This document shows, in pieces, positions 1 to 12,439 of a DNA stretch of 64,000 bases. The notes below the pieces were generated by a model. It was not told the origin of the DNA. It did not search any database and saw only the letters and a program-made list of their open reading frames with translations. The position numbers and the translations under genes are program-made. This stretch comes from Fonticula alba ATCC 38817 (Eukaryota; Protista; Nucleariida): assembly GCA_000388065.2 (NCBI GenBank), contig KB932208.1; one strand, 5' to 3'. Position 1 is the first letter of the stretch. Every line of letters starts with the position of its first letter.

Positions 1-270
1 CCCGGTGTATGGCCTTCATTAGAAAGGGGGCTTTTTTTTGCCATCCCCACCATCGGCGCCGGTGTGGGCCAACGGCTTGCTGTTCTGCTTGCCCGAGCCG
101 AGCGTCGGACAAGGTGCCGGTTAGACTCCGGCAGAGCGAACCAACATGCGCGCGCGCGCGCGCGCGCACGCAACGCGGAATGCACGCCGCGCGAACGGCG
201 GAATTCCTCCCGGCTCCCCGGCCGGCGCCCAGCCTATTGGCCGATAGCCGAATAATCTTGGCGCTGACCG

Positions 271-301
<31 letters not shown>

Positions 302-2197
302 GGCCGGCTTGCCCGTGTACAGGGAACAAGCGCGCCTCCGCGACGGCCTCTGGGGGGGGGGGCGGCGGTACTCCGGGCGACCGGGCCGACCGGTGTGGGG
401 GATCCTTTTTGTGCGCGGTGTGTCTCGCCCGGGCGTCTGGCGGTCTCTTGGCGCCCGCCCGACCGGGGGGGGGGCGGCCGGCCCTTCCTGTCTCCCCTCC
501 TCGGGCGGACCCGCGCGCCGGGCTTCGGAGACGCAGGGGCCGGCAGGCGCTTCCCCACTGGGGCCCCCGGGCAGGGCGGAGTTCGTCCGGCCGTTTGTGC
601 GAGGTGCTCCTCCCGGGGGGCGGCGGCCCCCGCGCCGCCGAAGCGCACCTTCCAGCAGAGGCTGGCTGCTTCGCCGGTGGGGACTTCCCCGGCCGCCCGG
701 CGGCCAGCGGGCACGGGCGCCCCCTTCTCCGGGATCTCCGCCCCGCCCGCCGCCTGGCACACGGCCCCCCCGTGTGTCTGCGGCCGTGGCCGCCACCGCC
801 GCGCCGGAAGATGGACCGGGGGGGGGGGGGGCCGGGACGAGGGGGTCAGACCCCAGGCGCTGGGGCCCGGGAGTTGCGCCCGGCACACGGAGCTTCCGGC
901 TACGGCGAACGATGGCCGCCCCCGGCCTAAGTGCCCTTGAGCCAATCTAACTCAGCTCTAGGCGCGCGCGCGCGCGCGCAAGCAGCAGAGCAGGTCCCGG
1001 CCCGGTGGCCCGGCGCGCAGCGTCCAGCCCGAACCTCCCGGGCCGGCCTCCTCGCTAATGCCGTAGCCCCTTCATTGCCAGCTGCAACCTCCAGCGCGCG
1101 GGAGCCACTGGCCGGCACCCCAAACCGCTGCTCCGCGGGATGCGCAGTTGTTTTTCTTTCGCCCGCCGTCGACCGACACACCCGCACCCGAGTGCCTGCC
1201 GGAAGGAAGATGGTCATTGTTTTTTTTTTTTTTTTTTTTTTTTCGCCCTCTCCCCNNNNNNNNNNGCCGGAAGGAAGATGGTCATTGTTTTTTTTTTTTT
1301 TTTTTTTTTTTTGCCCTCTCCCCCCCCCCCCCCGTTCACTTCGTCGTCCCTCGGGGCCCAGTATCGGCGGGGCCCCGGCCGGCGGGGGGCCGTTGTACGT
1401 GCTTTTCCACGGGCCCCGGCCGGCGCTCTCGCTCACGCAGCCGTGCGCAGCCCGGCCGCAAGGGGCGCCCGGGCGCGGGAGGCCACAGACTTAGACCATC
1501 GCTCTCAGGCCATTATTCTTCGGCCCGCCGCCGCTCCTGCACCCGGGTCTGCTTTCTTGCGAGCAGAGCCACCAAGGGGCCTGGCATTCTCCCGGGCGAA
1601 TGGACCAGAGCCGGGGCCCGGCGCCGCCTGAGCCGTCCCCGGTAACCAGTTCCCCCTTCTCCTCGTCGGGTCCTCCTGCGGCGGATGGTGGCCGATGAAC
1701 GCGCGCTCGCGCCCGTACAACTCCCGGTCCCGGGTCGGCGGCCACCGCTCGGTCTCGCCATTTGGGGGGACGTATGCCCCCCGCCCTGCCCTCCCCCCCC
1801 CCCCGCCCCCCAGGCTGCCGCCCGGCTGCGGCTGCAGCCTTCCCCGCGCCGGGGGCCATAGTCTCTGCCGGCTCCGGCTTGCCGGCTCGCGAGCGAGCGA
1901 GCCCAGCATTTTGGCTCGTCCACACCGCACCGGCGCCCTGGCGCGCCCCACTCGCACACGCGCCCCGGGGTTGAGGCTGCCCATCATGCGCTGAGCACCG
2001 GCGTGCGGCCAAGGGCCCGCAGGGGGGGGGGGGCGGGGGCGGGGGACGAAGAATGTCCCCCGCCGCCCCCCTCCCCACTCCGAGGTCCAGGAAATCTGCG
2101 CACCCGGCCCCGCCCGCCCCGCCCCCCCCTGCCGCCTCATTCGGTCCCCCTGTTGCCGGGCCCGTTGCCTCCGGCATCCGAGAGCTTGGGCCGTTTT

Positions 2198-2205
2198 TAT
2201 AAAAG
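2198..2205 (+). promoter_or_regulatory. TATA-box-like element upstream of the low-complexity orphan gene
   Basis: TATAAAAG in a GC-rich background, about 540 nt upstream of the candidate ATG at 2741. Intron-like segments lie between them (GT at 2457 to CACAG at 2640; GTAAGG at 2669 to CCCAG at 2719). Confidence 0.4.
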
Positions 2206-2740
2206 ACCGATTGTCGCTGGGGACCAAGCCCTGTTCCCGACCCTCTACACACAACAACGCGCCCCCCCCCCCCCCCTCTTTGCCGCCTCTCCTCCATTCT
2301 GCGTGCACCGCTCCCTCCCCCGCCCAATCCCTCCCCTCGTCGCCGCCTCCGCCGCTCTTACAAGCGCTACGCTGCCCGGGGCAGCCGATAAAGAGCGACA
2401 GTCTCTGCGTGTGTTTTCTCCCTCCCCCCCCGCTACATCGCGTCTGGACGCTGCCGGTACGTTCCCCATGCCTGCTGAGCCCGGTCCTCCCGCCACACGT
2501 CTCCGTCCCCACCCAACGGCACCGCCCGCTCCCTCCCTCCCTCCCTCCCTCCCTCCCTCTCTCTCCTCCNNNNNNNNNNNNNNNNNNNNNNNNNNNNNNN
2601 NNNNNNNNNNNCCCCCCCCCCCCCCCCCCCCTCGCCACAGTGATCCTCTCCTGCAAGCCGTCCACCCGGTAAGGAGAGCTTTTCACCCGTCCTCCCCAAT
2701 TTCCTCTCCTCGTCCCCAGCTCGCCCTCGACGACGTGAGC

Positions 2741-4768
2741 ATGTCCTCCGGCGCTCTGATCCAACCGACCACACTGCGCAGCCCTCACCCCTCGCTCCCC
2801 TGTGATCGCATGGACAACCCCTTCCTTGCTCGACATGTCCCCTCCTCGCCGATGGGAGGGGGCCATGAGCATCACCACCACCACCACCACCACCACCACT
2901 TTGTGGCAGACATCGGCGGGCCAGCTTGCTTCACACTTTCCCCCCCCTCGGCTGCCGGGCACTGCAACGGCACCTCGACCGCTCGGTCCCTCATCACGCC
3001 GCCCTCGTTTGGCACGCCCAGCGCCCTGGCGGCCACCCTGCCCGGGCCCAGCCATCGAGCCCTCTGGGCCGGGGCCGCGCCCGAAAGCGACATCCTAGAT
3101 GCCGCCCGGCCGCACCTCAAGCGCAAGCCCATCACCCTCGGTACCTCTCGGCAGCATGTCTCTCCCCGCCGCTTCCCCGCTTCCCCCCCCCTCCCCCCCC
3201 CCCCCCCCTGTTGGCGGCCCCATCCAGCGCATTGACAATCTCCTCCCTCCGCTCCCTCCCCTCCTCCGCCGTTGGGCCAAATCAATCGCAGCCCACCCTG
3301 CCGCATCGCCCAGCATTTCGCCCCAGCAGCCTGAGGACGCCCTGACGAAGGGGCTCTATCCCATCGGCGGTCGGCCCGCCACCGGCATGGCCCCCGGGCC
3401 GGGCGACCTCTCCCCGAGCGAGGGCGATCTCTTCCGACGCGAGCCGGTCTTCTCCCCCCGGCCGAAGAACCTGGCCGCCACCCGTCGGACACAGCAGCCA
3501 CAGCCGCACGTCGTGCCGTCGGAGTCCTCGGGGCACCAGGCCAACCCGGCCTCCGGCTGGACCCCCTCGCCATTTGTCTTTTCTCTGGCCGGCATGGACC
3601 CCGCCACTTCGGGCACCGGGACATTCCACTCGCCCCTGAGAAGCACGCCGGCCTCCCTCTCCAGCTTCAACATTTCTCCCGAAGCCCCAGGGCAACAGGG
3701 CGGGCTCCCCCCTACGCCCTTGCCGCCGCCGCAGCACCAACAGCAGCAGCAGCAACAGCAGCATGCTACTGGCTGTTCCACCTCCTTCCTTGCCACGCCA
3801 ATCGCCACCCCCTGCGCCTCGCCGGTCATTGGCGGCGGCAATAGCAGCGCCTCCGCCGCGGCCCTGTATAGCCGCAGCCCCACCTCCAATGACCTGCACC
3901 GTTCGAAACGCCACCAGTCGGCGCACTCGTCCGGTTCGTCCTCAGCAGTGGCCTTCCTTTCGCGCAGCCGGCCCAATGCCACGTCTGCCCCGGACATCAT
4001 CACTCCCAACGGCGGCAGCGGCAGCGGCAGCGGCGGCACTTCTTGCGGGATTGTCTCATCGGCATCGGCGTCACTGCTTGGCTTGACAGCCGAAGAGGGG
4101 TCCGCCTCTGAGGGGGGCAGCCTCTTGCTGGGCAGCAGCTCCACCACGCCGAGCATCCCCTCGGCTTCGCAGCTCGTCCGGTCCAGCTCGTCGCCGCTCT
4201 TCCTCGAGTCGAGCTCCTCCTCAGATAGCCTCTTCCAGGGCTCCGGCTTCGCTGCCCCTTCGGCCGGGGGTGGCCTGCCGCCCACGGCAACCGCCGGCTT
4301 CGGGGGAGGACGCCCCTTCCAGTCCCCCACCGGTAGCCACCACCTTTCAGACATACTTCACTCCTCCTGGACGCCGATCGAGCGCTCCTTCCCGCCCCCC
4401 GCTCCCGGGCACTACCTCAATCCCCTGAAGGACATGAGGGCGGCCATGGCGTCGCTGCACCCGCACCAGCATCAGCCATCGCAGCAACCGGCCACCACCG
4501 ACAGCGACAGTGATGACCACTTCCCGGCCCCGCCGACACCAGCCTCCCTGCGGTCGGTCAGCCCGGAGTCCTCCGGTTCGGCATCATCCTCCTCGTCTTC
4601 CTCCCAGGCCACCGGGGCCCGGGCTCCCTCCCCCTCGACCAGCCAGCTGTCGACCACACCGACCTCCAGCGCCGCACACTATTACCTGGCCACGTCGGGT
4701 CGTCGGCGAGCGGTCGTCTACGGCCAGCCTGGCGAGGACCTGTCCTGCCCGTTCACGGCTGCGGCGGC

Positions 4769-4799
<31 letters not shown>

Positions 4800-4813
4800 G
4801 CCTCCACTGCCGC

Positions 4814-4859
<46 letters not shown>

Positions 4860-5231
4860 TTCTCACACCAGTATCCCCTCTCCGTGGCACCGACGACGGT
4901 TCCCATGCGGGGTGGCGCCCATGGCACCACGGCTGCCTCCCAGCAGCAGTCCTTCTTCCCTTCGGATGGCGGGTCCCTCTCCTTCATGCGGCAGCAGGGC
5001 TTCGAGCAGTCTGGCTTCCGGGGCACGGCATCCACATCCCCGGTGTCCGGCTCGTCGTCCACCTCCTCGCTCAGCTCGCTCTTTGGCACGTCACAGGCTG
5101 CCCCCATCTCGACGACTGCCTCCACCAACTGTGGGGCTTCGGCTGACCTGGAGGAGGATGACCGCATGATGATGAGGATGGAGACCGACTGCGACGGTGA
5201 CTGTGACGGTGACCAAGCCATGTATTTTTAA
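2741..5231 (+). CDS. Low-complexity Ser/Pro/Gln/His/Ala-rich protein, no recognisable domain (probably two coding exons, ~2741-3140 and ~3292-5231)
   Basis: About 1.9 kb stop-free frame ending TAA at 5229-5231, with GC3-rich codons, poly-His, poly-Gln and poly-Ala. A phase-1 intron from GTACCT (3141) to TCGCAG (3291) joins it to the upstream frame (MSSGALIQ...LKRKPITL). The start codon is uncertain. Confidence 0.55.
4818..4859 (+). repeat. (CAG)13-CAA trinucleotide repeat encoding 14 Gln
   Basis: Read directly from the sequence; preceded by a GCC/GCT poly-Ala run. Confidence 0.9.
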
Positions 5232-5469
5232 ATCCCCCCCCCCCCCCCTCCCCCCCGTTCCTCCCGTCTCCGGCTCCCTGTATTTTACGATTGTATCCTA
5301 GATTCTCCGTCCCCCCCTCACATCTCCCCTCCTCTTTTGCTTCTCGCGCGCGTGCGCGCGCGCGCACGGGGCACGGCCCTGCGGCGGCTTCTCCGCATTA
5401 CTCTGTCGCCCCGGGGCGCCACGCCTCCCCTCCTCTTCCTCCTCCCTCTTTCCCGGCCGGACATCTTCG

Positions 5470-6256
5470 ATGTCGCAATCCCGCCAGTTTTTGACCACGC
5501 CCTCCCTCATGCTGAGGGGCTCGGGCAGGGGCCTACAGCAGTGCACACGTCCCCCCACAGGGAGCACTTAGATTTGCTCAGCACCCTCTCTTCCCTCCCT
5601 CCCTCCCTCCCTCCCTCCCTCCCCCCCCACACACACACGCACGCGGCAGGCAGGGCGAGGGAGGTGCTCCAATCTCCTTTGCACTTGCCGATGCCTCACT
5701 CCCGGCTGCCCCTGTGCTCCCTCCTCCTCCCCCTCCCCTCCTTCAGTGCGTGCCCTCTCCCGGAGGGGCACACGCGCGCCTTGCCAGTTCCATCACTCGC
5801 TCCGCGCCCCTCTCAAAAAGCCCCTCCCACCACACTTTTGAGCACATCCGTGGTCTGGAGTTTGCAAAAAAAAAAAATACACCCCGCTCTCATCTCATTC
5901 CTTTTGCCTTCCATGCACCGTCGAGTGCTCGGGCTTTCTCTTTGCTGTCGGCCCCCGCCGGGGCGCGGTAGGGGCGTCCCAGACGAGGAGAGGGGCCCAT
6001 CAAGATCTGCCATGCTTGGCGCTGTGGCTCTGCCCTGTGACGAGGGGGGAGGAGGAAAAGGCAGGGAGGAGATGGATGAGCTGCGTTACATTGGCGTCCA
6101 GGTTGGCTCCTGGCCGACTGGCGGACCCGAGCTAGTGGCTGTTTCTCCGCGAGGCTGCCCAGCGGAGACCGAGCTAACAACAGCCAGGGAGAGATGGAGG
6201 GCCAGGGAAAGGGGGAGCGAGCGAGGAGGGAAGAAAATACCAGACCCAATGTATGC

Positions 6257-6288
<32 letters not shown>

Positions 6289-6439
6289 GCACGCACGCTC
6301 ACGGCCCACACTCAGGGAAAGGTGCGCCAACACCGGACTCAGGAAGGATGCCAGCGGCGGAGGGTAATCCCGGGCCGACCCCCCAAGAGAGGTTTGGGTC
6401 CGCGTCTGGCGCCAGAGCAGCGGACGCACAACGGAGTGG
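5470..6439 (+). other. Possible small spliced gene or transcript, unresolved
   Basis: ATG at 5470; a phase-compatible intron 5541-5649 gives MSQSRQFLTTPSLMLRGSGRGLQQQGEGGAPISFALADASLP. A second typical intron runs from GTATGC (6251) through (CT)n(CA)n to CACTCAG (6315). No homology recognised. Confidence 0.25.
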
Positions 6440-7608
6440 TAACCCCCCGCCCCTGGGCTCCCCTGACTCCTCCCACCCCGCGCCCCTCACCCCTCGCCCC
6501 TCGGACCGAGGCCATTCTGCGATTCATGGGGCCAGCTGCCTGGAGTAAGACATGGCGCCCCCTTTTGGCCTGCGCCAGTTTCGCCGGGCTGGACCAGGAA
6601 AAAAAAGTCCCAAATGCGTTTGCCGCTTCTCGGCAGCTCGCCGGCCGCCCCCGCACCGCCCCCCGGGCTGGAGGGGGAGGCGAGACAGAGAGAGAGAGAG
6701 AGACAGGGGCGAAGGGGGGTGCCCGCGCACATAGGCACACACACACACACACACATTCACCAAGGATGAGTAATGAGCCCGGCCGCGCCGCGGCAAAAGG
6801 CCAGCCACCCCCGGCGCATGTTCGGCCCCCCCCCACACCGGCCCATGTTACCTGACGCAGGAGTTGTGCTTATACGGGCGAGCTGGGCACGCCAGGCGAC
6901 GCCGGGCATCCCCCCCCCTCCAGAAGCGAAAGGCGGACCCCACTTCGCCGGCCCTGCCGCCGGTACACCCTGCATCCGGGCCCGCTACCTGACTCGGTTT
7001 GTCTCAAACGGTGGTAGTGAATTTCAAATCATCGGCGCAATCCCAAAGACCATTCTGGGCACCATTACATGTATCACGAGCTCCAATCACACTACCGGGT
7101 CACACCGATCCCGGAGTGGGCGCCGCCCCCGCGCACCGGCCCAAGGTGTGTGCTGCCGGGGCGAGGGCACACATGCGGGTTGGTGGCGGCCCGACGCGCA
7201 CGCACACGCGCTTGCTCCGAGATCGCCGGCCCTCCATGTGGCCCCGCCGCCTGCCTTTGGGCGGCTCTTCAGCCGGTGCGCGGTGCTAGGCTTGGCCCGG
7301 AGCGTGCCGGCAACTCTCCCCCACCTCGCCCTGTCCCTCCTCCTCTGGCCCTCTCTTCCTGTCCCCCCCCTGCTCACCCCCACCCCCACCCCCCTCCCTG
7401 CCTTCCCTCCCCTGCCACGCATTCTCCCCTCCTCTGTGGGATGCTCTCGCGTGCGCGCCACTTTCTGAAACTCCCCTCATCACGGCCCGCCCTCCTCGCC
7501 CTGCTTCAGCCCCACCAGCCGGGACGCTTTGCCCGCGCCACCGTCGTCGCGCATCTCCCCTCCGCGTGCCCGCACCCCGCGCGCTTCTCCTCGGCCGCCC
7601 CTCTTGCC

Positions 7609-10492
7609 ATGAGTATGGAGGACCTGTCCCCCGCGACGGCCAATGTCGAAACCTCCGACGCCGGCGTGAAGCGCAAGCGCCCGGAGGGTGATGCGCTGGA
7701 GCGCAATGCCCCGGCCGCCACGCGGCGGCCCGGGGCCCCGGCCGCCTCCGGCAATGCCCCGGCCCCCTTCTTCGAGAAGGACTTCGGCATTGAGCTCTAC
7801 ATTTCCTCCGATCTGCCCCCCATCCCGGGGCTCATCAAGTACCGGTACTCGGATTTCATTGTCAACGAGATCGCCGAGGATGGCACGGTCATCCGCGTCA
7901 CCGAGATGAAGCCCCTGTGCGATGAGGTCCCGGCTGCGGCTGCGGCTGCGGCTGCGGCCGCGCCCCCCGAGGCTGCTGCTTCTGAGCCCGCTGCCGCCGC
8001 GCCCGAGGCGACGCCCGCCGCCCCGGCCGGGCCTTCGGAGGATGCCCAAGCTGGCTTGGCCTTTTTGAGCCGTCTGCTTGGGGAGGACATCCTCGCCGAG
8101 CTGAAGGAAATGAACGCCGCCGCCGAGAGCGACCCCACCCTCAAGCGCACCACCCACTTCAAGGTGCATGGCTCCTCTCGCTCCTCGCCTCCTGCCTCCT
8201 CCTCCTCCTCCAGCCACATTACTGCGGTCTGTCACTTGCCCCTGCCCAGTCGCCGAGCTGACAACCTCCTCCCCCTTCCCGCCTTCCCCCCCCTCCCCAT
8301 CCTCCTCCCTGGCCCCAGGCCCCCGAGGACAAGGACGATCGCCGGCAGCTTCACAAGGCCGTGCGTGATGCCCTCCCCCGGCTGGAGACCTCTTTCGTCC
8401 GGCCCGGCGAGCGTGGGTATCCGGCTGCCCCGGTCGACTCGGCCGATGCCGCTCCTGCCCCGACCGACACCATGATCGCTGTGTCGGTGGCCAAGTTCGT
8501 GCAGGGCCAGCGGTCGCGTCGCTCGACCGGCGGCGGCCGTGCCGGCAAGCGCGGCCTGCCTGCCTGGCCCGAGGACCGGCCCCGGTACTGCGAGTTCCAC
8601 CTGGTCAAGGCCAACCGCGACCACTACAACCTGGTGTTCCTCCTGCAGAAGATGCTGCGCACGGGCAACAATGTCTTTTCCATCGCCGGCACCAAGGACA
8701 AGCGGGGGGTCACGGTGCAGCGCGTCCGTGCGTCCATGATCACGGCCACTCGCCTGGCCGGCCTGTCGCGCGAGCTCCGCGGCGTCAAGTTCGGCAACTT
8801 CTCCTATGTCTCCGGGCCACTGAGCCTGGGCGACCTCAAGGGGAACCGCTTTACCCTGGCCATCCGGTATGTGGCATGCTCATTCCGTCTCTCTCTCTCC
8901 CTCTCTCCCCCCCCCCTCTCTCTCTCTCTCTCTTTCCCTCTCCGTTTCTCTCTCGCTCGTTCAATTTCCCCCGAATGTTGCCCCTCTGCTATGTTCATCG
9001 GTCTTTCGGTATGCCCGTGATAGCCGTCCACTCACCTCCTCGTCACAGCAATGTGCAGGGCGATGAGGCCACCATCGCCGCGGCCATCGGCTCCCTCCAG
9101 GAGAAGGGCTTCATCAACTACTTCGGCATGCAGCGATTCGGCACCGGCTTCGTCCCAACTCACAAAATTGGTGAGATGATGCTCCGCCGCGACTACCAGG
9201 GGGTCTTCCACACGGTGATCTCCTCTCTGGCCCAGGGGTCCGGCAACACTGGGCTCATGGATGCCTTCCAGGCGTATGTTGCCCAGCCGACGGTCCCGAT
9301 GCTGGAGAAGATCCTCCCGCACTTGGAATCCCGTCACTTGATCGAGATTTCCTTCGTCAAGTCCCTGATCCAGCATGGGCCGACCTCCTTCCAAAACGCC
9401 TTCTCCTCGGTGCGTTCATCCGGCTGCTGACGCCCTTCCCGTGTCCCTCCCCCGCCTCTTTTTTTTTTGTGCTGACCTCCCTCTCCCTACGTGGCATATT
9501 CCCCCCCTGCTCCCCCCCGCCCCAAAAAAAAGCTTCCCCGCCACTTGCGTTCGCTGTATGCCCATAGCCTCCAGAGCTTGATCTGGAATCGTGCCGTCAG
9601 CGAGCGCGTTCGCCGGTTCGGCCTGGTCCCGGTGGTGGGTGATCTGGTCTTGGACCCGGCTTCGCGCGGCACGGCTGACGGCCTTGTCGCCGATGACGCG
9701 GAGGATGCCGCTGTCCTGGTCGACGCCCAGGCTGGCAACGAGAAGAAGCCCATCGCCAAGGCCATCGCCATCACCGAGGATACCCTGGCAAACTACACCA
9801 TCGATGATGTGGTTCTACCCATGGCCGGTGCGGATATTCTCTTCCCCCCCAATATGCAGGACTTCTACAATGCCGAGTTCGCCAAGCTTGAGATGGATCT
9901 CCAGGCCTTTAAGGAGCAGGCCACGTGCGTCTGTTTCTTTCTTTTCTCCTTTCCCCGCATCCCCTCCCCGGACCCGCACGCACGCACGCACGCACATCCA
10001 TCCATCCAGCCAGCCATCCATACTTTCCTCCCTTTCCTTCTTGCCACCCTCTCACCCCTGCTACTCTCTGAGGCCGTTGGTGCCTCTGCCCTCCCCCGAC
10101 ATTCCCAACGATAGCAAGCTCGTCATTTATGGCGCTTATCGCCCGCTCCTTGGTCGTGTCCAGCAGCTCGAGTGGTCGACCATGCGCTACGCCGATGTCA
10201 ATGACCACCTCATGCTCACCGACATGGATCGTATTGAGAGCCCGGATATGCCAGAGCCTGTGTCCAACCCGGGTATGTCCCCCCCCCCCCCCACCCGTGT
10301 CGTCGCTGCCCTCTTCTCTCCTGCCTTGCCCCTAACAAATGGCTCTTTGCCCCCCCCGGCTTTCCTGCAGATGGCCAGTACCTTGCTCTCCTCATGTCCT
10401 TCAGTCTGAACTCTTCGCACTATGCCACCATGGCCCTGCGAGAGATCCTCAAGGTCGAGACCAGCAGCGCCCAGCAGACCCTCCTCTCCTAG
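7609..10492 (+). CDS. PUS7: Pseudouridine synthase 7 (TruD family), 6 exons: 7609-8163, 8319-8866, 9049-9409, 9533-9924, 10115-10272, 10371-10492
   Basis: TruD/Pus7 motifs: KYRYSDFIVNEI, catalytic AGTKDKRGVTVQ, LGDLKGNRF, GFINYFGMQRFG, LYAHSLQSLIWN and FSLNSSHYATMALREILK. All introns are GT-AG with matching phases. Confidence 0.95.
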
Positions 10493-10773
10493 ACGCTTGT
10501 CATGCTCCTCCTTATCGGCCCCCTTCGCGACTCCCCTTCACAGGTGTCCCGGCCAGTCGCGCGGTTTGCTGTTTGCTGTTTGCGCTCTGCACACGCATAC
10601 CTCCTCCCCCCTTGTCCTTCCCCTCGGCCCAGTGGTCTAGAATACACTTGAGAACTGACTCGCAGGCAGCGCTTAGAGGTGAAAGAGCGGATACCGCGTG
10701 AATGTATGTATGTATGTATGTGTGTGTGTGTGAATTCTGCCGTCAGACAGCCCGGACCATCAGTGCCACGCCG

Positions 10774-12400
10774 CTAGTCCGAGTCGTGATCCTCGTCGTC
10801 GGAATAGAAGCCAGCCGAAATGATGGCCCCCTTGAGGAAGGAGTCACGCCGGATCTCGCTCAGCAGGGTGGACAGATTGTCACGTCGGCGTTCACGGACC
10901 CAGGCCTCGCCGATGGCCGGATGGGACGCCGGCGGCGGCGGCGGCGGCGACGACGACGATGAAGACGACGACATCGCCGCCGCACCGGCCTCTGGCCCGC
11001 CAGAGCCGGCTTCCGGCTGGACAATGAGACTGCCACGAGCGCGAAGCTTCGCGATGGTCCGCTGTGAGGTGACCTTTTCATCTTCATAAATCCCCTGCAC
11101 GCAACGCAAAACCTGGGCATCCCTCGACAGTTTGTCCAGCGACGCTGCCAGGGCCGATCGATAGGCCAGCCGCGAGGCACTCTCGATGGAGCGAGTCAAT
11201 GCCGCACGCCCGAGCTCCGGGTGCCCCTCGGCCAGGGTGAAAAAGAGAGCCATCGGCCCGGAGGGCTGACTGCCCGGGTGAGGCAGGGCCGCGGCCGAAA
11301 GGACACCGATGCCCTGGCCCGAAGCAAACCCCCCTCCGCCTGAGACCGGGGCCGCCGTCGCCCCGGCATCATCCAGGGCGGTTACCGTGCGCAGGCTCAA
11401 CAGCAGCAGGCCAGCCGACGAGTGGGCAGCACAGCTCCGGGCAATTTGCCGAATGAGCTGATCGCACCGGGCGATGCAGTCATGCCAGGCGCGCTCGGTG
11501 GCCGGGGGAGCAGAGGCAACGAACTCCGCATTTGACAGCCGACAGGCGGAGATAATGCACCGAGCGCTGATGACAAAGTTCATGAGGGCCAGCCAGACAG
11601 TTTCCACGAGCGGGTCGGTTGTCTGGCCCGGAGCAGGTGGCGGGGGGGCATTCGCGGAGCCGGAATCCAACTGGGCCGATTCCCAGGCCCCACCACTGCC
11701 GACGGGGTACATGTCCACCGTGCTCACCGTGACCGAGCGCGAGGCGATCGACGCCCGCTGACAGAGGGCGATGGCGCTCAGTGCCAGGTTTTCCAGCTTG
11801 CGCATCGCCGCCTCGGCGCGGGGCAGGCTCTCATGGACGACCAGCGGCCCGGCCTCAGGAGCCACCATGGACTCCAGCGTCCGGGCGATCATCACGGCCA
11901 GGGACTCTGTGGCCCGCGAGTACACGCGAATGGCGCCCGGCAGGTCGCCGGAGACGCTAAGCAGATAGGCGGATGCCTCGGCAATGCCGTTCTTGTTCGT
12001 GATCGCTAGCGCATGCTCGAGGGGGATGCTGTACAGGAGGGGGGCGGGGGGGAGATGCCACATGAGTCGTCAGGATGCAACCAAAGTCGAGGGGGAGCCA
12101 CGAAAAGAAGAGACAGGGAGAGGGGGCGGGGGGGTGAAGAGGGTAGAAGGAGGAACAGGGGGCAGCAACGCACGTGCTATTGCGCTTGAGCCAGCCGCAG
12201 ACATTTCCCGGCTCGCAGATGCACATCAGCTCGAAGTACATCATCTGGAGGCTGGCATACTGCACGGGGGCCAGCTTGGCCAGAAGCTGGTGGAATGTCT
12301 GTCCGACGACCGAATGCTCCCGCGGAGGGGTGGTCAAGCGACTCTCCTCCAGCAAGTGGGAAAGGAACTGGATGGGCCGGCTGTCAGGTCAAGCAGGGGG

Positions 12401-12439
<39 letters not shown>

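Noticed and set aside
1196-1312. Direct repeat GCCGGAAGGAAGATGGTCATTG-polyT on both sides of a 10-N gap
   Set aside because: Identical sequence flanking a minimal gap is the signature of unmerged contig overlap, not a biological repeat.
9-2000. Overlapping ORFs in the first 2 kb
   Set aside because: Same low-complexity pattern; no credible exon chain or protein motif found.
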